Shown here one piece after another: positions 56,049 to 64,000 of a stretch of DNA of 64,000 nucleotides. Made by a program: the position numbers and the translations under genes. The notes beneath the pieces were generated by a model. That model saw only the letters and a program-made list of their open reading frames with translations, ran no database searches and was not told the origin of the DNA. Source of the DNA: an uncultured Phycisphaerales bacterium (GTDB taxonomy: Bacteria > Planctomycetota > B15-G4); contig CAZBBB010000003.1 of the NCBI GenBank assembly GCA_964490005.1, positions 14,128-78,127 on the forward strand, written 5' to 3'. Each line of letters starts with the position of its first letter. Positions within the stretch are counted from its first letter, which is position 1.

Positions 56049-56387
56049 GCGGGCTCTCTCCTGGGTCGTGCAGCTGGCTGCCCTTCCCGCACGGTGCGGG
56101 GTCGGGCCCTCTAGTTTTGCGCCCCACTCTCTCGAGTGGTTTGCCCTTGCCGACGGGTCGCGCCCAGCGACCCCTCAGCGACGACGGACCTGTTCATCGG
56201 TGCGGACGGCCGGGACTGAACTTCGTAGCGGCGGAAATTCCGGGACCGGGGGTCCGCCGGAGCATGCATCTCCCCGCATGCGCCCGCGGATTCCGGCCCG
56301 CCGACGCCTTTCGGCGCTCTCCCGAAACGACTTGAGCCCGGCGTCCCGCGGAGGGGCGCCGGGCTCGCGAGGGGCCGCGTCGCGGCG

Positions 56388-56960
56388 TCAGGCCGAGGTC
56401 GGCGCCGGCTTGCTCAGCGAGTGCTCGGCGAAATACTGCTCGGCGAACTCGAGGAACTGCGCTTCGACGAAGCCGGCGAAGCCGCGCCGCGCGTCGTCGT
56501 CCATGCGCCCGGTGTGGCTGGTGGATTCGGCGTCGCGGTTGCGGATGGTCTTCTTGGCCTGCATCACGAACCGGTCCTCGTCGACGTGCGGGTCGAGCAG
56601 GAACATCAGGCGGCTGTAGTAGCGGCCGGGCTTGCCGTTGGCGTCGAGCAACTCCTCGTCGGCGCGCAGCGCGAGCATGTACTTGCCCTCGAAGAACCCG
56701 CGCGTCAGCACGAAGCCGTCGGCCTCGGACTGGAAGTTCTTGGCGAACTCCTCGATCACGGCTTCGATCGATTCGCGGAACTCGAAGGCCGCGACCGTGC
56801 GCTGCGAGCGGACGAGGTCCTCCTCGGAGCGCAGCCGGAGGTGGATCTCGCTGCGCTTGGCGCTGGCGTCGCGGATCTGCTTGAGCTTGTCCTTGAACGT
56901 GCTGGACATCGTGGAGGCTCGGGCGGGTTGCTTGCTCAGGGTGAGGTTTCTATCGGTCAT
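56388..56960 (-). CDS. Hypothetical cytoplasmic protein
   Basis: In frame with track ORF 56388..57101. ATG 56960 (MTDRNLTLSK...) or ATG 56909 (MSSTFKDKLKQIRD...). High third-position GC and no TM or signal peptide. No recognisable motif. Confidence 0.55.
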   Translation of the reverse strand: MTDRNLTLSKQPARASTMSSTFKDKLKQIRDASAKRSEIHLRLRSEEDLVRSQRTVAAFEFRESIEAVIEEFAKNFQSEADGFVLTRGFFEGKYMLALRADEELLDANGKPGRYYSRLMFLLDPHVDEDRFVMQAKKTIRNRDAESTSHTGRMDDDARRGFAGFVEAQFLEFAEQYFAEHSLSKPAPTSA

Positions 56961-57137
56961 GGGAAGGCCGTCGATGAGGGAGAATACGAGGTCGCCGGTC
57001 CGAGGCAAACCTCCGGGCCTCGGGAATCGGCCGTTTTGCCCGGCAATCGCCCAGAGACGGACCCCGTCCTGAAACGCTGACGCCCCTTGACAAGCGGCCA
57101 AGGCCGGGCCTCGCGCGCCGCGGGCCGCGGCGCCGCG

Positions 57138-57656
57138 TCAGCGGTAGCGGAGCAGCGCGCGCACGTCGCGCGCGCCGAGGCGCTCCTTCCACGGGATGAA
57201 GTCGAGCGCGACGACGAACAGCAGCGCCTGCACGCGGGCGCCGACCTTCTCGACGAGTTCGCACGCGGCGCCCGCCGTTCCGCCGGTCGCGATCAGGTCG
57301 TCGACGATGAGTACCTGCTGTCCGGGGCCGAGCGCGTCGGCGTGCATCTCGATCGTGTCGGTGCCGTACTCGAGCGTGTAGCTCTGCCTGACGACGTTCC
57401 ACGGCAGCTTGCCCGGCTTGCGCACCGGCACGAAGCCCTTGCCGAGCTCGTGCGCGAGGGCCGCCCCGAAGATGAAGCCGCGCGACTCGATGCCGACGAC
57501 CAGGTCGATCGACAGGTCACGCACGGCCGCGGCCGCCTGCTCGATCGAGGCCGCGAAGGCCCCGGCATCGCGCAGCATCGGCGTGATGTCCTTGAAGACG
57601 ATGCCCGGCTTGGGAAAGTCGGGAATGTCGCGGATGTAGCGGGCGAGGTCGGTCAT
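57138..57656 (-). CDS. apt: Adenine phosphoribosyltransferase
   Basis: 172 aa: ...[19 protein letters not shown]...[15 protein letters not shown]...[14 protein letters not shown].... Confidence 0.92.
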   Translation of the reverse strand: MTDLARYIRDIPDFPKPGIVFKDITPMLRDAGAFAASIEQAAAAVRDLSIDLVVGIESRGFIFGAALAHELGKGFVPVRKPGKLPWNVVRQSYTLEYGTDTIEMHADALGPGQQVLIVDDLIATGGTAGAACELVEKVGARVQALLFVVALDFIPWKERLGARDVRALLRYR

Positions 57657-57707
57657 GGGGGATCTCGTCGGTCGTCGAGGCGCCCGGACTTGGGTCCGGG
57701 CAGGGGA

Positions 57708-59426
57708 TCACATGCGTTCGGGCACGGGCAGGCCCAGCCAGCCGAGGCCGTTCACCAGGGCCTGCCGGCAGGCGGCGGCGAGCGCCAGGCGCGCCGCGCT
57801 GAGGGCCGGATCGTCGGAGACGATCTTCCAGTCCTTGCGCGCGTAGAGCGTGCTGAAGCGTGCGGCGATCTCCAGCAGGCGGTCCGACACGAGCGAAGGT
57901 TCGGCCCGCGTCACGGCCGACTCGAGGGCTGCCGGCAGTCCTTCGATGGCCAGCCACAGGGCCAGCTCGCCCTCGCCGCTCACGAGCGTGACGTCGACCG
58001 CGTCGTCGGCGGGCCGCGCGCGCGCCCCGCCCAGCGACGCGATGCGCGCCGCGGTGTACTGCAGGTAGGGGCCCGTCTCGCCCTCGAAGGACAGCACTTC
58101 GTCCCAGTCGAAGACGACGTCGCGCTCGCGGCGGTTCTTGAGGTCGTTGAACACCACGGCGCCCACGCCGATCTGCTCGGCGAGCGCGTCGATGTCCGCC
58201 GGACGTTCGCGGCCGCGTTCGGCGATGCCGCGCTCGATGGTCTCGCGCGCCAGCGCCGCGGCGCGGTCGAGCACGTCCTCGAGCAGGACCACGTCGCCCG
58301 TGCGCGTCGCCATCTTGCGGTCCTTGAAGCGCATCATGCCGAAGGGCACGTGCTCCACGGCCTCGGCCCAGGGACGGCCGAGCAGGGCCAGCACCGCGCG
58401 CAGCTGCCGGAAGTGCAGAGCCTGCGCCGCCCCCACGACGTACAGCGCGCGCTGGAAGCCGTAGGTGCGCTGACGCCAGTCGGCCGCCGCGAGGTCGCGC
58501 GTCAGGTACAGCGTCGTCCCGTCGCGCTTGCGGACGAGCGCCACGCCGAGGTCCTGCGCCTGCAGGTCCACGACGGTCGCGTCCTCGCTCTCGCGCAGCA
58601 GGCCGGCGCGCTCGAGTTCGGCCAGCATCGCCGGCATCAGCTCCTCGTAGGCGCTCTCGCCGCGGACGTCGTCGAAGCGCACGCCGAGCCGGGCGTAGAC
58701 GCGCTCGAACTCGGCCAGCGAGACGTCCCGGAACAGCTTCCACAGGCGCCGCGCGCCCGGCTCGCCGTCCTCGAGCGCGCGGAAGCGGGCCCGGGCCGCG
58801 TCCTGCAGTTCGGGCCGCTCCTTGCGGCGCGCGTTGAAGTCGACGTAGAGCTCGAGCAGGTAGGCGATGCCGCCGGCCTGCAGCTGCGCCTCGTCGCCGC
58901 GCTCGTCCCAGGCTGCCAGGAGCTGCCCGAACTGCGTGCCCCAGTCGCCGACGTGGTTGATGCCCACGGGGCGGTAGCCCGCCGCGCGCAGCAGGCCCAC
59001 GAGCGCGTGCCCGATGACGGTCGAGCGCAGGTGATGGATGCCGAAAGGCTTGGCGATGTTCGGCGACGAGAAGTCGACGGGAACCACGCGGCCCGCGCCG
59101 AGGTCGACGCGACCGTAGTCGGCGCCTCGCGCGCGCACCTCGTGCAGCACCTCGCGCGCGACCGTGCACGCGTCGAGCCGGGCGTTCAGGTACGGCCCGT
59201 CCGCCGTGACGGCGTGCAGCGCGCCTCCCAGCGGCACGCGCGGCGCGAGTTCGGCGGCGATCGCCGCCGGCGCGCGGCGCTGCGTCCTGGCGAGCGCGAA
59301 GCAGCCGAAGGCGAGCTGCCCCAGTTCGGGGCGCGGAGGCGCGACCACGGAGCCGAGCACCTCCTCGGCCGGGAGGCCGACGAGGGGCGCGAGGCGTTCG
59401 GAGAAGAGGCGTGCGTATCGGCTCAT
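57708..59426 (-). CDS. argS: Arginine--tRNA ligase
   Basis: 572 aa: ...VDFSSPNIAKPFGIHHLRSTVIGHAL...GDWGTQFG...; class I HIGH-like and C-terminal anticodon-binding region. Confidence 0.93.
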   Translation of the reverse strand: MSRYARLFSERLAPLVGLPAEEVLGSVVAPPRPELGQLAFGCFALARTQRRAPAAIAAELAPRVPLGGALHAVTADGPYLNARLDACTVAREVLHEVRARGADYGRVDLGAGRVVPVDFSSPNIAKPFGIHHLRSTVIGHALVGLLRAAGYRPVGINHVGDWGTQFGQLLAAWDERGDEAQLQAGGIAYLLELYVDFNARRKERPELQDAARARFRALEDGEPGARRLWKLFRDVSLAEFERVYARLGVRFDDVRGESAYEELMPAMLAELERAGLLRESEDATVVDLQAQDLGVALVRKRDGTTLYLTRDLAAADWRQRTYGFQRALYVVGAAQALHFRQLRAVLALLGRPWAEAVEHVPFGMMRFKDRKMATRTGDVVLLEDVLDRAAALARETIERGIAERGRERPADIDALAEQIGVGAVVFNDLKNRRERDVVFDWDEVLSFEGETGPYLQYTAARIASLGGARARPADDAVDVTLVSGEGELALWLAIEGLPAALESAVTRAEPSLVSDRLLEIAARFSTLYARKDWKIVSDDPALSAARLALAAACRQALVNGLGWLGLPVPERM

Positions 59427-59502
59427 CGGTCGTCGCGTCGCGGCGCGGCGCGAGGGCGCGGCGCGCGGGGCGGCATGTTAGCGATCCGCGCGCGCCCTCG
59501 CG

Positions 59503-60891
59503 TCATCGCGCCGGCAGGAGCCGCTCGAGCACGCGGGCCGCCGGGCGCGGCGCGTCGCGCGCGTCGAGCAGCCCCTGCGTCGAGCCGCGGTCCTCCCAGG
59601 CGTGCAGCAGCAGTCCGGCGACGGACGGGTCGCGCGCCGCGCGCGCGAGCAGGCCCTCGATCCAGCGCGCCTGCGCCTCGACGCCGTAGGCGATCGGCGA
59701 GAGGCCGCCGCCGAGGATCCACAGTTCGGGCGGCTGCGGGCTCGACAGCCGCCAGTCGCTCCAGGCCGCGAGTTGCGCGTCGGCGAAGGCCGGGCCGCCG
59801 GCGGACGCGCTGCCGGGTTGCAGCCGCGGGCCGGCCACGTCGACGACGTCGTGCAGCGCGTCGTAGATCGCGCGGCTCGCCGGGCCCGCGCCCGCGAGTC
59901 GCAGGCCGACGCGCGTCGTCGGGCTGGCGGCGCGAATGCGCGCCGCAGCCGCCTGGTACGCGGCGCGCCACTCCTCGGGGGTGCGGCCCGTTCCGAGGGC
60001 CAGCGGCGCCTCTCCGTCCGGCTCGGGGAAGGGCAGCAGCAGCGCCGGCCGCAGCGTGCGCGCCGCGCGCTCGGCCGCCTCGATGAAGGTCGCGACGGCC
60101 TCTTCGGGCGACGGCCGCGACCACAGCCACGAAGCGGGCGCGTGCAGCGCGACGATCCGCGGGCGCTCCTCGCCGTCGCCCGGCACCTCGACGAAGTCGG
60201 CCGGGAGTTCGAGCGCCGCGAGGGCGCCGGGCGCGGGGCGGGCCGAGCCGCCCGCGGCCGTCCACACGCCCGTCGGCGGCACGCGGGCCGACGACGACAG
60301 CCGGGGCTCGGCGTCGAAGCGCAGCAGCACGCGCTCGGCTTCCGACTGGAACACGACCAGCAGCAGCGCCACGAAGGCCATGAAGGCGGCGGGCAGCAGC
60401 CCGAGCGCCAGGCCCGCCAGCGTGTCGGCGCGCTCTTCGCGCAGCAGCAGCGGCACATGCCAGTTGAGCGTCGAACTGAGCGCGAGATGGCTGCCGACGA
60501 GGCCCTGCACCAGGGCGTACGAGTAGAGCAGCGGCTGGAGCCGCGGGCCGAGCGTCCAGCCGCTCGCGGCGGCTGCCGCGGTGCCCAGCACGATGCACAG
60601 CCCGGCGTTGCCGATGACGACCGGCACGTCGCCCAGGCGCGCGCCGCGCCGCGCCATGACCGCCACGTTCTGCGCCAGTCCCGCCAGGGCGAGGGCCGGG
60701 AAGGCCGCGGCCAGGCCCGGCGTGAACAGCAGCGACGCGGCGCCGGTGCGCACGCGGTCCGCGACGAGCAGCAGCGTGAGCAGCGCCTGGACCGCGAGGA
60801 GCAGGCGCCAGCGACCCCGCGCCGCGCGCGCGTTCCACGCCAGCACGCCCGCCAGGTACGCGAGGAAGACGCCGTGCAGCGCGCCGATCAC
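59503..60891 (-). CDS. Polytopic membrane protein with ~270-aa extracytoplasmic C-terminal domain (unassigned)
   Basis: GTG 60891 (GTGA overlap with the Nudix stop), in frame with ORF 59503..61377. About 6 TM helices, then ...LWILGGGLSPIAYGVEAQARWIEGLLARAARDPSVAGLLLHAWEDRGSTQGLLD. Confidence 0.55.
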   Translation of the reverse strand: MIGALHGVFLAYLAGVLAWNARAARGRWRLLLAVQALLTLLLVADRVRTGAASLLFTPGLAAAFPALALAGLAQNVAVMARRGARLGDVPVVIGNAGLCIVLGTAAAAASGWTLGPRLQPLLYSYALVQGLVGSHLALSSTLNWHVPLLLREERADTLAGLALGLLPAAFMAFVALLLVVFQSEAERVLLRFDAEPRLSSSARVPPTGVWTAAGGSARPAPGALAALELPADFVEVPGDGEERPRIVALHAPASWLWSRPSPEEAVATFIEAAERAARTLRPALLLPFPEPDGEAPLALGTGRTPEEWRAAYQAAAARIRAASPTTRVGLRLAGAGPASRAIYDALHDVVDVAGPRLQPGSASAGGPAFADAQLAAWSDWRLSSPQPPELWILGGGLSPIAYGVEAQARWIEGLLARAARDPSVAGLLLHAWEDRGSTQGLLDARDAPRPAARVLERLLPAR

Positions 60892-61310
60892 GGCGCGTCG
60901 AGCGCCGTCAGGGCGGCGCGCACCAGGTCCTTGAGCGTGCCGAACTGCACGCGCGCCAGGGCCTCGTCGCCGTCGACCCAGGCCGCCGCGCTGTGCTCGT
61001 CGGAGAGCCTCGGCGCCTGCCGCGGAGCCTCGGCGAGGAAGTAGGTCACGCGCTTGGGATAGCTCTCCCCGTCGTCGTCGCGCACCGCGTACTCGATGAC
61101 GTGCCGGAAGCCGCCGTGCAGCGCCGCCACCTCGAAGCCGGTCTCCTCGCGCACCTCGCGCAGCGCCGTGGCGATCTCGTGCGCGTCGTCGGGCTCGCGG
61201 CGTCCCTTGGCGAAACCCCACAGGCCGGTCTCGGCGTTGCGCAGCAGCAGCAGGCGCACCGCGCCGTCGTCGCGTCGGTACAGGACGATGCCGCAGGCGA
61301 GACAGGTCAT
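60888..61310 (-). CDS. NUDIX hydrolase
   Basis: ATG 61310, in frame with ORF 60888..62231. Nudix box GFAKGRREPDDAHEIATALREVREETG. Confidence 0.85.
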   Translation of the reverse strand: MTCLACGIVLYRRDDGAVRLLLLRNAETGLWGFAKGRREPDDAHEIATALREVREETGFEVAALHGGFRHVIEYAVRDDDGESYPKRVTYFLAEAPRQAPRLSDEHSAAAWVDGDEALARVQFGTLKDLVRAALTALDAP

Positions 61311-61364
61311 GGGGGCGTGGCGCGGGAGGGCGACGGCGGCGGGGATGATAGGATCCGCGGCGCC

Positions 61365-62240
61365 ATGACCGCCACACGCCCTTCCGCCGCGACGCGCCGC
61401 GACGCGGGCTCCGCGCGCATGCGGTCCGTCGTCGCGCGCACGCTGCTCAACGAGCGCGTCGAGGGCGGCTGTCACCGCATCGTGGCGCAGGTCGACGGCG
61501 GCTGGCCGGCCACGGGCCCGGGCCAGTTCACCATGCTGAGCCTCGACCACCCGCGCTTCCCGCTGCTGCCGCGCCCCTTCAGCCTGCTCGGGCACGAGGC
61601 GCGCGCCGACGGCGACCGGCTCGAATGGATGATCATGCCCGTGGGCACCGGCACCGCGCTGCTGTGCTCGCTGCAGCCCGGCGAGCCGCTCAACGTCGTC
61701 GGGCCGCTGGGCCGCGCGCTCGACGCCGACCTGCCCGACGGTCCGATCGTGTGCGTCGGCGGCGGCTACGGCATCGCGCCGTTCATCTTCCTCTCCGATC
61801 ACTGGCGCCGCACGGCGCCCGAGCGGCTGGCGCGCACCACGATCGTCTACGGCGCGCGCACCGCCGAGCGGCTCTCGCTGCGCGAGCGGGTCCTGCGCGG
61901 CGGCGCGGCGCGCGTTGAGCTGTGCACCGACGACGGGACGCTCGGCCGCCGCGGCCGGGTCGACGCGGCGCTCGAGGCGCTCGTCGCCGAGCGGCGGCCC
62001 GCGCTCGTCCTGACCTGCGGTCCCGAGGCCATGATGGAGGCGGTGGGGCGCGTCTGCCGCGAGCAGCGCATCCCCGCGCGCGCCTCGCTCGAGACCGTGA
62101 TGGGATGCGGCTACGCCGTCTGCAACGGCTGCGCCGTGGCCGTGGGCGACGGCCGCCAACCCGACGGCTACACCTACGAACTCGCGTGCCGCGAAGGCAC
62201 GGTGTTCGACGAGACGCGCCTGCAGTGGCATCGGGCCTGA
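61365..62240 (+). CDS. PyrK-family FAD/NAD(P)-binding oxidoreductase with C-terminal [2Fe-2S] Cys cluster
   Basis: ATG 61365, in frame with ORF 60993..62240. ...RPFSLL...VVGPLGRAL...VCVGGGYGIAPF...LTCGPEAMM...MGCGYAVCNGCAV...LACREGTVF. Cys pattern as in dihydroorotate dehydrogenase electron-transfer subunits. Confidence 0.75.
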   Translation: MTATRPSAATRRDAGSARMRSVVARTLLNERVEGGCHRIVAQVDGGWPATGPGQFTMLSLDHPRFPLLPRPFSLLGHEARADGDRLEWMIMPVGTGTALLCSLQPGEPLNVVGPLGRALDADLPDGPIVCVGGGYGIAPFIFLSDHWRRTAPERLARTTIVYGARTAERLSLRERVLRGGAARVELCTDDGTLGRRGRVDAALEALVAERRPALVLTCGPEAMMEAVGRVCREQRIPARASLETVMGCGYAVCNGCAVAVGDGRQPDGYTYELACREGTVFDETRLQWHRA

Positions 62241-62770
62241 CGGAGCAGGCGCGCCTGGCGGCGTACGTCGCCGCGATCCGCTCGGCGGTCGGCACCGTTC
62301 CCCAGGCGCGGCACGAGGAGTTCGTGCGCGGCATCCTGGCGGCGCGGCAGATCGTCGTCGCGGGGCGCGGCCGCTCGGGCATGATGGCCTCGGCCTTCGC
62401 GCGCCGCCTGGGGCAGATGGGGTTGACGGCCTGGGGCCTCGACGACACGACCGTGCCGCGTCTGGGGCCCGACGACGCGCTCGTGGCCTGCACGGGCAGC
62501 GGCGAGACGCCGACCGTGCTTTCGTTGATGCACACGGCGCGCAGCGGCGGGGCGCGCGTGCTGGCGGTCACGCGCGGGCCGTCGACGACGGTCCTCGCCG
62601 CCGACGTCGTCATCGAGCTGCACGTGCCGCCCGGCGGCTCGGAGTATCCGCTGGGCACGCTGTTCGAGGCCTCGCTGCTCGCCTATCTCGATCAGGCCGT
62701 CATCGATCTCATCCGCGCGCTGGGCGCGACCGAGTCCGAACTCGGAGCGCGCCACACGAACCTGGAGTGA
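62225..62770 (+). CDS. SIS-domain protein, 6-phospho-3-hexuloisomerase-like
   Basis: GTG 62225 (16-nt overlap with the preceding gene), in frame with ORF 61922..62770. ...QIVVAGRGRSGMMASAFARRLGQMGL...ALVACTGSGETPTVLSLMHTARSGGARVLAVT.... Confidence 0.7.
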   Translation: MASGLTEQARLAAYVAAIRSAVGTVPQARHEEFVRGILAARQIVVAGRGRSGMMASAFARRLGQMGLTAWGLDDTTVPRLGPDDALVACTGSGETPTVLSLMHTARSGGARVLAVTRGPSTTVLAADVVIELHVPPGGSEYPLGTLFEASLLAYLDQAVIDLIRALGATESELGARHTNLE

Positions 62771-62942
62771 GGGCCGCGGCCGGGCGGCTTCCGCCGCGCG
62801 CGCGCTTCCTATAAACTGGACCCCCTTTCGGGGTCGCTCGGAAGGTCGTTGCCGTCCCGGGCTCTCTCCGCGACGGCAACGCCGGCACGGGCCCGACCTG
62901 CGCGGGCCCGGCCGCGTCCGCCACAACCCAGCAAGGCGCACC

Positions 62943-64000
62943 ATGATCGACGTCGTCATCGCTTCCGCCGCGCGCACGCCCATCGGCAAGTTCCAGGGCG
63001 CGCTCGCGGGCCTGACCGCCCCGCAGCTCGGAGCGCACGCCATCAAGGCCGCGATCGAGCGCGCCCGCATCGCTCCCGGCGACGTCCAGGAGACGATCAT
63101 GGGCTGCGTGCTGACGGCCGGCGTCGGCCAGGCGCCGGCGCGCCAGGCCCAGCGCGCCGCGGGCATCCCCGACCACACCTCCGCGCTGACGATCAACAAG
63201 GTCTGCGGCTCGGGTCTCAAGGCCGTGGTGCTCGCGGCGCAGGCCATCCGCTGCGGCGACGCCGAGGTCGTCGTCGCCGGCGGCATGGAGTCGATGACGC
63301 GCGCGCCCTACCTGCTGCCCGAGGCCCGCGACGGTCTGCGCCTCGGGCACGGCAAGGTCGTCGACAGTCTGGTCGGCGACGGCCTGTGGGATCCGTACTA
63401 CGACATGCACATGGGCCTCACGGCCGAGGCGGTCTGCCAGGAGTACGCCGTCGATCGCGGCGCGCAGGATGCCTGGGCGGCCGAGAGCCACCGGCGCGCG
63501 GTCGCCGCGCAGCAGGCCGGGCGCTTCAAGGCCGAGATCGCGCCGATCGAGATGAAGCCGCGCAAGGGCGACCCGTGGCTGTTCGACACCGACGAGGGTC
63601 CGCGCGCCGACGCGAACGCCGAGGCGCTCGCCAAGCTGCGGCCGGCCTTCGACAAGCAGGGCCTCGTGACGGCCGGCAACGCGTCGACGATCAACGACGG
63701 CGCCGCCGCCCTCGTCGTCATGAGCGCCGACAAGGCCAAGTCCCTCAAGGTCGCGCCGCTGGCGCGGATCACCGGCTGGGCGACGGGCGGCACCGATCCC
63801 AAGTGGGTCATGATGGCCCCGATCGAGGCCGTCAAGAACCTCGCCGCGCGCACCGGCAGGGAGGTCGGCAGCTACGACCTGATCGAGCTCAACGAGGCCT
63901 TCGCCGCCCAGTGCGTCGCCGTCAACCGGCTGTGGAAGACGAGCGCCGAGAAGGTCAACGCGAACGGCGGCGCGATCGCGCTCGGCCACCCGATCGGCGC
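62943..64000 (+). CDS. Acetyl-CoA C-acetyltransferase (thiolase II), 3' end beyond the window
   Basis: My own translation; not in the track because it has no stop in the window. [21 protein letters not shown]...[21 protein letters not shown]...[14 protein letters not shown]...[16 protein letters not shown]...[14 protein letters not shown]. Confidence 0.93.
   Translation, partial: MIDVVIASAARTPIGKFQGALAGLTAPQLGAHAIKAAIERARIAPGDVQETIMGCVLTAGVGQAPARQAQRAAGIPDHTSALTINKVCGSGLKAVVLAAQAIRCGDAEVVVAGGMESMTRAPYLLPEARDGLRLGHGKVVDSLVGDGLWDPYYDMHMGLTAEAVCQEYAVDRGAQDAWAAESHRRAVAAQQAGRFKAEIAPIEMKPRKGDPWLFDTDEGPRADANAEALAKLRPAFDKQGLVTAGNASTINDGAAALVVMSADKAKSLKVAPLARITGWATGGTDPKWVMMAPIEAVKNLAARTGREVGSYDLIELNEAFAAQCVAVNRLWKTSAEKVNANGGAIALGHPIG

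Noticed and set aside
56117-56335. 72-aa plus-strand ORF inside the long intergenic region upstream of the sigma28-like gene
   Set aside because: A non-ATG start, no SD, random-looking Arg/Pro/Gly-rich sequence and no coding-type third-position GC bias that I can see.

Overview
A 64-kb chromosomal segment from a very GC-rich bacterium (about 70% GC by eye, not computed). It is probably diderm, since it carries a GT9 heptosyltransferase, an LPS kinase, lptB and DsbD-like genes. GGAG-type Shine-Dalgarno sequences sit 5-8 nt upstream of several starts. I support about 55 protein-coding genes and found no rRNA, tRNA, CRISPR array, transposase or integrase. Because of the GC content, every real gene is shadowed by long spurious ORFs, so calls rest on recognisable family motifs, signal peptides, SD sequences and start/stop coupling.

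Housekeeping genes: glnE (partial), aroB, folC, rluB-like, manA, rsmD, split coaB and coaC, prfB (with its classical +1 frameshift), purH, etfBA, lptB, lepB, lepA, rdgB, rph, birA, apt, argS and a thiolase (partial).

Accessory or less ordinary content:
- Two large secreted integrin-like 7-blade FG-GAP proteins that share an unassigned C-terminal domain and TGCAT-type palindromes upstream.
- A 1664-aa fusion of a Hanks Ser/Thr kinase, a TPR array, GAF and a complete sigma54 activator. It is flanked by a membrane-anchored vWA protein, a peptidase-MA/DUF1570-like protein lacking HExxH, and a small secreted protein.
- A roughly 10-kb envelope cluster with two ECF sigma/anti-sigma pairs, a PDZ lipoprotein, a thiol-redox lipoprotein pair and an anti-sigma carrying six CarboxypepD_reg-like repeats.
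- c-di-GMP components: a PilZ protein and a REC-HD-GYP regulator start-stop coupled to lptB.
- A sigma28-family sigma factor with no flagellar genes nearby.

Many functionally unrelated genes are joined by 1-7 nt start/stop overlaps. No single locus can be proven novel from sequence alone. The best candidates for an undescribed system are the vWA / pseudo-peptidase / kinase-bEBP neighbourhood (22.6-31.5 kb) and the double-ECF envelope cluster (35.8-46 kb).
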